A stretch of DNA of 64,000 bases from a virus, in the IMG/VR virus record IMGVR_UViG_3300022751_000016, positions 64,001-128,000 of that record; one strand, given 5' to 3'. Numbering within the stretch: position 1 is the first letter of the stretch; each line of letters opens with the position of its first letter. The notes under the pieces were generated by a model. It worked only from the letters and a program-made list of their open reading frames with translations. It ran no database searches and was not told where the DNA came from. This document shows, piece by piece, positions 28,732 through 38,253 of the stretch. The translations under genes were made by a program, and so were the position numbers.

Positions 28732-30756
28732 ATGGATTTAGATAATATTTACTGTGGTGATTTGGAATCTGATAATTTAGCAGAGGATGTTACTAAAATA
28801 CACGTACTAAGTATTGCTTGGAAAAGTGATGGAGTGTGGAAAATAAAATCTACACCTAACTATGATGATATGCGAAAATTATTATCTGACCCTACAAAAG
28901 TTATTGCAATACATAATGGAATTAGATTCGATGGTAGAGTTTTAGAGCAGATACTTGGTATAGAGATAAAAGCAACTATTATTGATACACTAGCTTTAGC
29001 TTGGTACATAGATTGTGCTAGAGGTAAGGAAGGTAAAAAGTATGGTTTAGCGTACTACGGGGAAGATACTTTTAATACTCCAAAGCCAAAGATTGATGAT
29101 TGGGAGAATCTAACCTATGAAGAGTATAAATTTCGTTGTGAGGAGGATACCAAAATAACCTATCAACTTTGGGAGTATCTACTCTTAAAATTAAGAGCTG
29201 TTTATGACAACGACGAAGATATTGTCAGAGTTATAAAATACCTTAATTTTATCATGCTTTGCGCCAGAAAACAAGAAGAACAAAAGATTCAAGTTGATTT
29301 AGAAAAATTAGAAAGTAATTTAAAATATTTTGAGGCATTAAAAGAAGAAAAAATTAAACAGCTTATTGAGGCAATGCCTAAAATTCCTAACAAAATAACA
29401 AAAAACAGACCTAGTACTTATCATAAAAAAGATGGTTCTCTTTCTAAAGCTGCCGAAGAGTGGGAAAATATGCTAACTTCTTGTAACTTACCAAAAGATT
29501 ATAGTGGAAGTATAGATGTCATAAAATCTTATGAATTAGGAAACCCAAACTCAGTGAAACAAAAAAAAGATTGGTTGTATAGCTTAGGTTGGATTCCTCA
29601 AACATTTGTGCACAATAGAGACAAGCAGACAGGAGATGTAAAGAAAGTGGAACAAATACTTACAGAAGAGAAAATGCTTTGCCCAAGCGTCTTAAAACTA
29701 GTTGAAAAAGAACCTGCAATTGAATTGCTAGATGGACTTTCAGTTCTTACCCATAGAATTGGAATATTTAAGGGATTGCAGAAAGCAGTTGATAAAAATG
29801 GATTTGTTATACAAGGTTTAATGCAGTTGGCGGTAAGTCTTCGCTGGCAACACGCCCTGATTGTAAACTATCCTCGCGTTACAGGTAAAGGAGACATCAG
29901 GGATGGTAAATGGATTAGGGAGTGTCTAATAGCTGGGAAAGGTTATAAATTTGTACAGAGTGACCTTAGTGGAATTGAATCAAGGACATCCGACCACTAC
30001 ACGTTCAATCTGAATAGAGAACTAATCGAAGAAACGCAGAGACCATTTTTTGACCCACACACAAAAATTTCTGTTGTTAGTAACTTAATGACGGAAGATG
30101 AAGAAATATGGTTTAAGTGGAAGAAGGAGAATAAAGAGAGGAAAGAAAAGGGGATAGAAGAGGACTTACCTCCTGAAGCTTTTGGGACACCCTCAGATAA
30201 TTTTTACATACTCCAAGATTTAGATAAGGATGAAAGTAAGAAGTTAATGAACAGATTAAAAGAGGCTAGGAGTAAAGGAAAGACTTGTAACTACGCATCA
30301 CTCTACTTAGTTGGCAGTCAGACACTTGCTAGAAATTTAAACATTTCTAAGAAAGAAGCACAAGGACTAATAGATGCATATTGGAAAATTCATTGGGCAG
30401 TAAAAAAAGCTACGGAAAGTTTTGACATAAAAAAAGTAGGGGATGAGCTCTGGATATTAAATCCTATATCGAGATTCAGACATAATTTGCGTTTTGAAAA
30501 GGACTCCTTCTCGGTTGTAAACCAGTCGAGTGCAGTTTATTGCTTTAACATGTGGCTATATAACATAACTAGACTTGGAGCTTTTCCCATATTGCAGACC
30601 CATGATGACGAATTACTAAGATGTAAGGAAGAAGAAGTTGATAAGTACGTAGCTATAACCAATAAGGCAATGGAAAACTTGAATAAGCAGTTAAAGTTAA
30701 ATGTAGAATTAGCTTGTGAGGTACAAGTTGGTGATAACTTTGCAGAGACACACTAA
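28732..30756 (+). CDS. polA: Family A DNA polymerase with 3'-5' exonuclease (T7-like, Tyr at E. coli 762 equivalent)
   Basis: DLE, HNGIRFD, IDTL exo motifs; motif A DLSGIESR, motif B RSKGKTCNY, motif C THDD. Confidence 0.95.
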   Translation: MDLDNIYCGDLESDNLAEDVTKIHVLSIAWKSDGVWKIKSTPNYDDMRKLLSDPTKVIAIHNGIRFDGRVLEQILGIEIKATIIDTLALAWYIDCARGKEGKKYGLAYYGEDTFNTPKPKIDDWENLTYEEYKFRCEEDTKITYQLWEYLLLKLRAVYDNDEDIVRVIKYLNFIMLCARKQEEQKIQVDLEKLESNLKYFEALKEEKIKQLIEAMPKIPNKITKNRPSTYHKKDGSLSKAAEEWENMLTSCNLPKDYSGSIDVIKSYELGNPNSVKQKKDWLYSLGWIPQTFVHNRDKQTGDVKKVEQILTEEKMLCPSVLKLVEKEPAIELLDGLSVLTHRIGIFKGLQKAVDKNGFVIQGLMQLAVSLRWQHALIVNYPRVTGKGDIRDGKWIRECLIAGKGYKFVQSDLSGIESRTSDHYTFNLNRELIEETQRPFFDPHTKISVVSNLMTEDEEIWFKWKKENKERKEKGIEEDLPPEAFGTPSDNFYILQDLDKDESKKLMNRLKEARSKGKTCNYASLYLVGSQTLARNLNISKKEAQGLIDAYWKIHWAVKKATESFDIKKVGDELWILNPISRFRHNLRFEKDSFSVVNQSSAVYCFNMWLYNITRLGAFPILQTHDDELLRCKEEEVDKYVAITNKAMENLNKQLKLNVELACEVQVGDNFAETH

Positions 30757-30779
30757 AAAGTTAAGAAAATCTTAAATGA

Positions 30780-30811
30780 TTAGGAAGTGTAAAAATAAAG
30801 TTGTATATTAG
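30780..30811 (+). promoter_or_regulatory. Variant promoter TTAG-N20-TATATTAG
   Basis: Near-consensus, ahead of kissing-loop copy 2. Confidence 0.55.
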
Positions 30812-30815
30812 CGTT

Positions 30816-30923
30816 TTAAATTTCTTGGCGGAGATTTTAATAGCAAAATTTTAAAATAAAAAACATAAATAAGAGACACCTGTATGATGCTACCGCCATA
30901 GCTGATTATAGGTGTTCTCGTTT
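30816..30923 (+). ncRNA. Kissing-loop RNA element, copy 2 (5' leader of LAGLIDADG gene)
   Basis: Loop TGGCGG (30826-30831) is complementary to loop CCGCCA (30893-30898). Confidence 0.65.
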
Positions 30924-30934
30924 ATAAAAATAAA

Positions 30935-31978
30935 ATGGAAATAACAAACCAACAAAAACAAGTATTACTAAGCGGTCTTTTAGGAGATGGAAGTATTAAA
31001 AGGTCACATGTGTCTTACAACTGTATGTATGAAGAATATATGCAATTTAAAAGAAGTTTACTAGGAAATTTAGCCAAATCAGAGGTTATTGAATCGGATA
31101 ATTTAGGTTACAAAAAAGGTTCTAAAATTTACACTTTTTCTGGTAAATTTAATTCATATGCAGATTCTCTAGTTAATAAAGATTTATCTGAAATGATTCA
31201 AGACTTAGATGAATTGGGACTGGCTCTCTGGGTTATGGATGATGGCTCACTTCACAAGAAGAATTATTTCTACAATATCAACACACATTCGTTTCCAAAA
31301 GAAGTTCAGGAAAAAGTATTAATTCCCGCCTTAAATAAATTTGGAATATATCCTAAAACAATGGTTGAAAATAAACCTGATGGAAGACAGTTTCATTATT
31401 TGTATATTTCAAAATGGAATGGTGCAATGATTATTTCTCGAATACTTAGAAACTATGCTGTAAATTGTTATAAATACAAACTCATACCTAAAGAAATTGA
31501 AGACGCTTACTTTAAACTAGATTTAGAAGTTTTCAATGCACTACCAACAGAGTATGCAAAAACAAGTTATTTATTAAAACAGAACGGAGTTCGACAAATG
31601 AGTGATTTACTAATGAATAATACAAAAGGTAAAGAGTACACTTACGAAGAATTAGACGAGTTATGGAATAAAACTTTTCCAAAAACAGATTGTGTCTTTT
31701 CTATATATGATTTTAAGAAAACAAAAGAAGGTGAGGATGAAAATGTCTTAATACCACAAGTTAATTTTTTAGATGAAAATCCTATTGTTAAGGGGTCTTT
31801 TAAATTGTCTTTTAACACTTGGAAATATGGTGAAACTTTTTATTCTATCGAGGGAAGGTCACTTACTTGGAAAACGCTTCTAGATATTATAGATAAACAT
31901 GGAGATGGACATCACATATTTTTAGAATTAATTGAAATTAAGAATAACAACGAAGTGTTTGTATTTTTAGGCAGTTAG
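30935..31978 (+). CDS. LAGLIDADG homing endonuclease with unrelated C-terminal extension
   Basis: LLSGLLGDGSI and GLALWVMDDGS. Confidence 0.88.
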   Translation: MEITNQQKQVLLSGLLGDGSIKRSHVSYNCMYEEYMQFKRSLLGNLAKSEVIESDNLGYKKGSKIYTFSGKFNSYADSLVNKDLSEMIQDLDELGLALWVMDDGSLHKKNYFYNINTHSFPKEVQEKVLIPALNKFGIYPKTMVENKPDGRQFHYLYISKWNGAMIISRILRNYAVNCYKYKLIPKEIEDAYFKLDLEVFNALPTEYAKTSYLLKQNGVRQMSDLLMNNTKGKEYTYEELDELWNKTFPKTDCVFSIYDFKKTKEGEDENVLIPQVNFLDENPIVKGSFKLSFNTWKYGETFYSIEGRSLTWKTLLDIIDKHGDGHHIFLELIEIKNNNEVFVFLGS

Positions 31979-31983
31979 TATAA

Positions 31984-32009
31984 AGAGTCCTCTTAACCGA
32001 GGATTTTTT
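31984..32009 (+). terminator. Intrinsic terminator
   Basis: AGTCCTC/GAGGATT hairpin plus T-run. Confidence 0.75.
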
Positions 32010-32033
32010 ATTTTTAAAATAATCACCCAATTC

Positions 32034-32065
32034 TTTGTTTATATCATATGTATTGCTTATCTTTG
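32034..32065 (+). promoter_or_regulatory. Promoter TTTG-N20-TATCTTTG
   Basis: Consensus match. Confidence 0.8.
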
Positions 32066-32109
32066 CAGTGTAAATCACTGTTTTTTAACCCTTTTACCGC
32101 GAAATTAAT

Positions 32110-32337
32110 ATGGAAAGACTATTTAGAACCGTTAAAATATCAGAAAGACTGCCTGACATGGGTAAACGAGTTATGTTTTTAGATGAGGGCTATAAAAATG
32201 AGATAATGCACGATTATCATCCTCACGAAAAAATAGAAATAAAGAAAAATAAATTTATACAAATGTTGGATTGTCATTTTGTAACAGAGTATTTAAAAAA
32301 TAATTATACTCATTGGCTTGAAGAAATTGAACAATAA
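32110..32337 (+). CDS. DUF551-like protein
   Basis: VKISERLP ... THWLE. Confidence 0.65.
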   Translation: MERLFRTVKISERLPDMGKRVMFLDEGYKNEIMHDYHPHEKIEIKKNKFIQMLDCHFVTEYLKNNYTHWLEEIEQ

Positions 32338-32341
32338 AAAT

Positions 32342-32683
32342 ATGAAAATAGAATTAAATCAAGAAGTAATAGTAGTAGGTATCGGAAATAATGCCAGATA
32401 TAAAACACCAATCCACGAAGGTAAAGTTAGTAAAATAGGAAGGAAATGGTTTGAGGTAGATACATTTGACAGAGAGAAATTCTCTTTGGAAGATGGAAGA
32501 AGTGATGGTAAAGGTTATATGCCTGAGTGGCAAGTTTTTAATTCCTTAGATGATTACAATGAATACTTAAATAAACCTAAACTAATTAATGAAATTACCA
32601 GAGATTTGAATAAGTTACTGAATTACAAACAGTTAGTTGAAGTTCAATTATTGATTAAATCTTTTAATGCGGAAAATAAATAA
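32342..32683 (+). CDS. Hypothetical beta-barrel protein (VSKIGRKWF)
   Basis: ATG 32342. Confidence 0.7.
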   Translation: MKIELNQEVIVVGIGNNARYKTPIHEGKVSKIGRKWFEVDTFDREKFSLEDGRSDGKGYMPEWQVFNSLDDYNEYLNKPKLINEITRDLNKLLNYKQLVEVQLLIKSFNAENK

Positions 32684-32688
32684 TAATT

Positions 32689-32919
32689 ATGACAGGAATT
32701 CAATGCCACCAAGGACACGTATTTAGTATGATTTCAGATGATTATATTGATGCAGAATGGAAATTACAAGAGTGTTATTATATGTCTCAGGAATGTGAGG
32801 TAGTTAAAGATGAGTTTTTATCTTTTTCTCCGGCTAGCGAAACTAAAGATTGTAGTCACTGTTCTATATTAGAACATAAGTTTGAAGAATTAATAGAAGA
32901 AATTAAAGGAGAATTATGA
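32689..32919 (+). CDS. Small Cys/His protein
   Basis: CxxGH ... CxxC. Confidence 0.7.
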   Translation: MTGIQCHQGHVFSMISDDYIDAEWKLQECYYMSQECEVVKDEFLSFSPASETKDCSHCSILEHKFEELIEEIKGEL

Positions 32920-33332
32920 AAGAATTAGAAAACAAAATCAGAGAAGTTTTACCTCACTTGCAAGTTATAGAAAAAGGACAACTGTTCCATTCCAAGTACT
33001 ATGGTAATATAACAGCCACTAAAGTAACATATCATGGAGGAGAAGCTTATTCTATTTATGGTTTTTGTGAAGAAGGATTGCCGAGAGATTGCTACTATCC
33101 TAAAGAGTTAGAATTAGTTGGAAAACCTATTATGTTAAATGATGTCTTACTATGGCATTCAACTAACGGAAGAGATTTATATTCTCATTTTGAAGTGAAT
33201 ATGGGACAAGGTGTATTTAGAATTTATGATTCAGAAGAGAGTTATTCAATTATTTGGGATTTATCTTATCTTTTTCTAGCCGACCAAAGTGAAGAACTTA
33301 TTGAATTTTTAAATGATATAGATTATGAATGA
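32916..33332 (+). CDS. Hypothetical protein
   Basis: Packed ORF. Confidence 0.75.
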   Translation: MKELENKIREVLPHLQVIEKGQLFHSKYYGNITATKVTYHGGEAYSIYGFCEEGLPRDCYYPKELELVGKPIMLNDVLLWHSTNGRDLYSHFEVNMGQGVFRIYDSEESYSIIWDLSYLFLADQSEELIEFLNDIDYE

Positions 33333-33469
33333 TAATTTAGAAGACTTTCAAGGATATATAGACTTAGACTTGATAACAGAAGAACGCTGGAGAATATGGG
33401 CAGAAATTTGCAAACATATTCCTAAAGGAACAGAACAATCAGATTTAATACATAAAATAATATTTGAAA

Positions 33470-33895
33470 ATGACTAAAGAAGAAAGAATAAAATCAGAAT
33501 GGGATAAATTTGGTATTTCAGAAAACATAGATGTTGATGGATGGGCGGATATGTATGTAGTTGCAGGCATAAATACTTTATCTGATAGATTTCATTATAA
33601 GGAGTATTCAGAACATAGTAATAATTTTGAAACTATTTTGTGTAGACCAAAATCTATTTCAGGAATAGAAAACAACAACGGCTGGATTAAAATTGAAAGT
33701 GAAGAGGATTTACCTAAACAAGATATTCGATGCGAATTTATAAAGGATAATGGTAAGCAATTATACGGCAGATTTGAAAATAGAATGGGTGGTTTGTTTA
33801 TAGATGAAAGTAGAAGATTTGAAAGTCCTGAATACCGTACAGAATCAGTAACCCACTACCAACCAATTGAAAAGTTACCATCTCCATTACACTAA
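33470..33895 (+). CDS. Hypothetical protein with C-terminal DUF551-like domain
   Basis: GWIKIESEEDLP ... VTHYQPIEKLP. Confidence 0.7.
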   Translation: MTKEERIKSEWDKFGISENIDVDGWADMYVVAGINTLSDRFHYKEYSEHSNNFETILCRPKSISGIENNNGWIKIESEEDLPKQDIRCEFIKDNGKQLYGRFENRMGGLFIDESRRFESPEYRTESVTHYQPIEKLPSPLH

Positions 33896-34036
33896 AACTT
33901 ATGAATAATGAAACTAAAAAGATAGCTATTAAATTTGCAAATTGGCTAAGAGAAGTTGACGTTCACGAAAGAGCTGAAGAATGGTTTGGATTTTCCGATG
34001 AAGATATGTTTGAATACTTTTTAAAAAACGTAAACT

Positions 34037-34252
34037 ATGACAACTAACATCACATATTTAGACACACCTCTAGTAGTAGACTATTATTTAGAGGGAACTT
34101 ATAGAGCAGCAACTTATTTAAATCCAGAGGAAGTGCCAGAAATTATCATCCGTACAATTTGTGCTGAAGATAGTAGTGTGGATTTGCAGAATATTTTAGA
34201 TTGGTTGGATATAGAGAGAATAATAGAAATGATTGAAGAGAAAGAGTTATGA
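34037..34252 (+). CDS. Hypothetical protein
   Basis: ORF track. Confidence 0.7.
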   Translation: MTTNITYLDTPLVVDYYLEGTYRAATYLNPEEVPEIIIRTICAEDSSVDLQNILDWLDIERIIEMIEEKEL

Positions 34253-34396
34253 CAACAGAATTAGAGAAATTAGAGATAATGAGAGACGTATTAGTTATTT
34301 TTTCTACGATACTTATTACAGCTTGCCTTATAATGGGAATTTCCTTAATATTTATAACACATAAAATAAGTAACACGTATAAAGAAAATCTAACAC

Positions 34397-34783
34397 ATGA
34401 AAAAATTAATCTATAATTCAGTGAAATGTTTATCTTGTGGAGAAACTTTAGTTAGTTATCACGTACATGATTATAAAGTTTGTGGCTGTGAGAATGAAGC
34501 TATGGTAGATGGTGGGAACAGTTACGGTAGATATGGAGGTAAGAATTTAGATTTAGTAGAAACTAATTACTTATATGATGACGCTCCTTTTGAAGTTATA
34601 AGAGAACATATCTTTAGGGGAAGTCGGGGCAAAGATGGTAAACAACCGTTAAAATATATTAAACTTAGTGAAATTGATGAGGATTATTTACAAGCTCTTA
34701 TTGAGTATGAAGAACTTTATCGTCCTAGGAACCCACAATTAACTTATTACAGGCAAGAACAGAAATATAGAATTAAATTATGA
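34397..34783 (+). CDS. Zn-binding phage protein (N..KC..CG...S..VHD...C.C....VDGG)
   Basis: Recognisable Cys/His motif. Confidence 0.8.
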   Translation: MKKLIYNSVKCLSCGETLVSYHVHDYKVCGCENEAMVDGGNSYGRYGGKNLDLVETNYLYDDAPFEVIREHIFRGSRGKDGKQPLKYIKLSEIDEDYLQALIEYEELYRPRNPQLTYYRQEQKYRIKL

Positions 34784-34998
34784 CAGCTATTATAACTCCT
34801 AAATTTAGTGTGTTCTACGATATAAGTAAAGAAGATAAATTTTTTGCCAATAGTAAGTGGGTATTTGATTTTCCTAAAAGTTGTTTTGGTCGAAATTTTG
34901 ATTCTTATTTATTAGCTTTTGGCGCGGAAAATATTAGAGATATAAATGATATAATAGACTATTTAGAAATGCATAATGTAAAAAGAATTTATGAATAA
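34780..34998 (+). CDS. Hypothetical protein
   Basis: Packed ORF. Confidence 0.65.
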   Translation: MTAIITPKFSVFYDISKEDKFFANSKWVFDFPKSCFGRNFDSYLLAFGAENIRDINDIIDYLEMHNVKRIYE

Positions 34999-35332
34999 AT
35001 ACTGTGAAGATTGTAAAAATAAGGCAGTAATGCATGCATTTTCATCAGGTTGGTGTGAGATATGTAGTGTTGAAGTTACTACTGGACACATTCCTGTGGA
35101 TAAGATTTGTTTAAACTGTGCCACAAGAGAAGATAAGTGTGAAAGTTGCGGAAAAGAAATGAAAACAGAAAAAGAAAGTTTAGATATTCCCGACATAAGA
35201 AATAAACTAACTCCTATAACTAATATGATTGAATTATTTGAGAGAGGTGAGTACACTTATATTAAAAATAAAGGTTTAGATGAAGTTAAAAAGAGTATTA
35301 ATTATTTAGCGCAAAGAGATGTCTATAAATAA
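34991..35332 (+). CDS. Four-CxxC Zn-finger protein with HisKA-like C-terminus
   Basis: CEDC, CEIC, CLNC, CESC; PDIRNKLTPI. Confidence 0.7.
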   Translation: MNKYCEDCKNKAVMHAFSSGWCEICSVEVTTGHIPVDKICLNCATREDKCESCGKEMKTEKESLDIPDIRNKLTPITNMIELFERGEYTYIKNKGLDEVKKSINYLAQRDVYK

Positions 35333-36245
35333 TTATATGGATTTACAATTTCAGTGGTATTCTAACGGGATAAAGACAATTCGTTCATCTGGAATGATAT
35401 CTCTTAGACAACTGATTAATGCAATTATATCGCCTAAACCTGAAATGATTGAGGCTTTTGGATTAATTAAAGAAGCTGGTTTGTCAGGTAATAAAGAGGA
35501 AAAAGACCGCCTGAAATCAGAAAAACTGTTCTTTACCACTCCTTCTGCAATATTTGACCCTATAAGAAATTATGACTCAGTGAAGGAGTTTCTTCCAATA
35601 GGCGTGTATGAATATGACGATATAGAGTATTGCGAAGAGCTTAGAGATTATATATTTGAAAAGAGAAAAGACTGTATTTTTGCTTTTTGTTCGCCGTCTT
35701 TCACTGGATGTAAATTCATTTTTTTATTTGGAGAAACTCCAACTAGTATAGCACATTATAAATCTTTATGGTTTGGAATAGCTCACGATTTAGATAAGTT
35801 TATCAATTTAGATTTAAGTAATGAACGGTGTACTCAACCTTTGTACAACAGCTACGACCCTAATGCAAAATTCAGAGCAGACGCTGTACCTGCCGAAATT
35901 AGAAGAGGCTATAAAGAAAACTCTTTTGTCCCTTTTGTTGGTGAAATTGAAATTCCAGAAGAAGTAAGTGAAGAAGATAAAGAACAATGTTTTAAACTAA
36001 TTTCTCATCTTATAGACAGGGTAGTAGACCAAGGGCACAATCAGGTAATTAGTAGTTCATTTCTGTCTGCTGGGCTATGTGCATTCTACGGAATAGAAGT
36101 GGATGATATGTGGAATTTACTTGAAGAAAGGATTAGAGAAAATAGTTATCTAGCAAAAGGAACTGATGGGTATTTAACTAGTGCTAAGACAATGTTTAAT
36201 AAGGGATTAAATTTTCCAAAAGAACTAAATAAAGATGGAAAGTAA
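35319..36245 (+). CDS. BT4734/VirE_N-type primase-polymerase
   Basis: K..L.F.TPS..F, Y.YDD, FCSPSFTGCK, D.S, SYDP; no other primase in window. Confidence 0.7.
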   Translation: MSINNYMDLQFQWYSNGIKTIRSSGMISLRQLINAIISPKPEMIEAFGLIKEAGLSGNKEEKDRLKSEKLFFTTPSAIFDPIRNYDSVKEFLPIGVYEYDDIEYCEELRDYIFEKRKDCIFAFCSPSFTGCKFIFLFGETPTSIAHYKSLWFGIAHDLDKFINLDLSNERCTQPLYNSYDPNAKFRADAVPAEIRRGYKENSFVPFVGEIEIPEEVSEEDKEQCFKLISHLIDRVVDQGHNQVISSSFLSAGLCAFYGIEVDDMWNLLEERIRENSYLAKGTDGYLTSAKTMFNKGLNFPKELNKDGK

Positions 36246-36336
36246 AGAACAAAAATTAGTTAGCTTGTTACAACCTAAAGACTATAAGAGCAAAATAAAA
36301 TTATATTGCTTAGATAGTAAATTTAATGTGCAAAAG

Positions 36337-36368
36337 TTTGGCAGTTTAATTATAAAACCTTATATTTG
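36337..36368 (+). promoter_or_regulatory. Promoter TTTG-N20-TATATTTG
   Basis: Consensus match. Confidence 0.8.
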
Positions 36369-36395
36369 TCAGGTAGAAATTAAAGAGAAACAATT

Positions 36396-36602
36396 ATGAC
36401 AAATTACGATATTACAATAGGGTATAAAGCAGTTATAACTGTAAATATCAATGCAAATTCAGAACAGGAAGCTAAAGAAAAAGCAATTAATGAATTCGTT
36501 AAAAATAGAAATAAAATGATTAGTGGTAAGTTAGTATTACAAGATGATACTTATCAAGTTAGTGGTGTTCTCAATATGGACGAAACATGGAAAATGTTAT
36601 GA
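36396..36602 (+). CDS. Hypothetical protein (V.I.A.SE.EA.EKA)
   Basis: First gene after promoter. Confidence 0.75.
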   Translation: MTNYDITIGYKAVITVNINANSEQEAKEKAINEFVKNRNKMISGKLVLQDDTYQVSGVLNMDETWKML

Positions 36603-36772
36603 AATACAGTTTATTTGCAATAGAAAAGAAGTTTGAAACAGCTTATAGTGTTATTGGAACATACCTTACTGAGAGTTGCTTTGAATACTTAGGCACGTTT
36701 GATACTTTAGAAGACGCACAAAAAGACCAAAAGGAATATGATATTGAAACATTAATTTTACCGAGTTATTAA
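36599..36772 (+). CDS. Hypothetical protein
   Basis: ATGA overlap. Confidence 0.65.
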   Translation: MKYSLFAIEKKFETAYSVIGTYLTESCFEYLGTFDTLEDAQKDQKEYDIETLILPSY

Positions 36773-36774
36773 TT

Positions 36775-37041
36775 ATGAGAGTATACGAAATAAAAGAAAG
36801 TGGAGAAACAACTCACGTAGCTTTTGATGGCACTAAGAAGGAGTGTAAAGATTGGTATGTAAGTGAAACAGATTGTGATGTAAATGAAATTGATTCTATT
36901 ACTGTTTTGCCGCGAAAAAAGTGGAAAGAAATAACTGTTAAATTTGAAGAGTGGGGAATAGAACCTTTCACTACAACAATAGAAGAACTGATGGTAGGAT
37001 GTAAGAATAATGAAATAATTTGTAGCACTTTATTTTTATGA
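36775..37041 (+). CDS. Hypothetical protein
   Basis: Packed ORF. Confidence 0.7.
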   Translation: MRVYEIKESGETTHVAFDGTKKECKDWYVSETDCDVNEIDSITVLPRKKWKEITVKFEEWGIEPFTTTIEELMVGCKNNEIICSTLFL

Positions 37042-37649
37042 AAGACAAATATTCAAAACTGTATTGGTTTGTCAAAGATTTAGAATGGATGCGAGTTTAT
37101 TTCTCTCCTTTTAAATTCTTTTTGCCAAAATTATATGTGGGTAAAACTAAGATAGGCGTGCCCTATTTCCTACCTCGTAAATTTATAAAAGCCACTCCTG
37201 AATTAGCGCATAAAGCCGCTTTAGAGTTTATAAAAGAAACAGAGTCTTTTAATGAAAGAAATCCTGATTACAAACGTAGAGTTAGAGACTATCAAGACGT
37301 TTACCAAGAAAAATTAAAATGCTCTTATCCAATACCTCTAAAAATAGGATTTAGTTCTTGTAGTCTCGGCTGGAAGACTAAGTATGACTCGTACAGGCAC
37401 GAATGGAATCCTGTGTGGAGTTTTGTTTGTTTCGGTTATCAAATAGCTTTGATATTCCGTCCTGAACATGATATGCACTATTGGGAATGTTGGCTTGCGT
37501 ATAATCTAGAAACAGATAAATCAAAATCGGCGAAAGAAAGAATAGAAGAAGCAAAAGAGAAATTTCCTTGTCGTTGGAGTTATTATTCAGGAGATGAAAA
37601 GATTACTACGAATTATTGGGATTTAATATTAAAATCAAGCTATAATTAA
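37038..37649 (+). CDS. Hypothetical protein (Trp/aromatic-rich)
   Basis: ORF track. Confidence 0.8.
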   Translation: MKDKYSKLYWFVKDLEWMRVYFSPFKFFLPKLYVGKTKIGVPYFLPRKFIKATPELAHKAALEFIKETESFNERNPDYKRRVRDYQDVYQEKLKCSYPIPLKIGFSSCSLGWKTKYDSYRHEWNPVWSFVCFGYQIALIFRPEHDMHYWECWLAYNLETDKSKSAKERIEEAKEKFPCRWSYYSGDEKITTNYWDLILKSSYN

Positions 37650-37944
37650 ATGGACGATAAAGCAATAAAATGGTGGTACACACTGCCAATAAAAGAAAGG
37701 ATTAAATTAGCTGATGAAGAGCATTGGACAACTTTAAAACTAATAACAGAGCATCAAATAAAAATGATTTATTTAGATAAATTTTACGGCTACTAATGAA
37801 AAAACCAGAAAGATTAATTGAAAAAACAGGTTCTAGTGAAAGTTATTCAGTAGAAAATCCTGATTTTTATGATGAAGATGGGAACTTTAGAAAATATAGA
37901 AATCCTATGAGTCATTTAAAACCTAAAAAGAAAAAACGTAAGAA

Positions 37945-38247
37945 ATGAAACAAAAATTAGCACAAAAAATGTTAGATGAGAAGTTGGACTTCTTACCTCT
38001 AAAAGAAAGTATAGAATTATATGATTCTGGAGTTAAATTAGAAACTAGATTTAGTTGGGTTGTACGCACAGAAGAATTAGAAAATAACGGCTATGATATG
38101 ACTACAGAAGAGTTGTTAGAGTCTATTGAGGAGCTTTACGGCTTAGATAATGATTACGCTTTAACTATAGGAGACCGTTATGATGAATTTGACGAGTTTA
38201 CTTTAGAACTTTGTCCTGCACCTACGTATATTGACTTAATTAAATAA
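37945..38247 (+). CDS. Acidic hypothetical protein
   Basis: ORF track. Confidence 0.75.
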   Translation: MKQKLAQKMLDEKLDFLPLKESIELYDSGVKLETRFSWVVRTEELENNGYDMTTEELLESIEELYGLDNDYALTIGDRYDEFDEFTLELCPAPTYIDLIK

Positions 38248-38253
38248 AAATAG

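Noticed and set aside
30935-31978. Intein or intron within polA
   Set aside because: polA is complete (motifs A, B, C and a normal C-terminus) before the endonuclease, which is free-standing with its own promoter.
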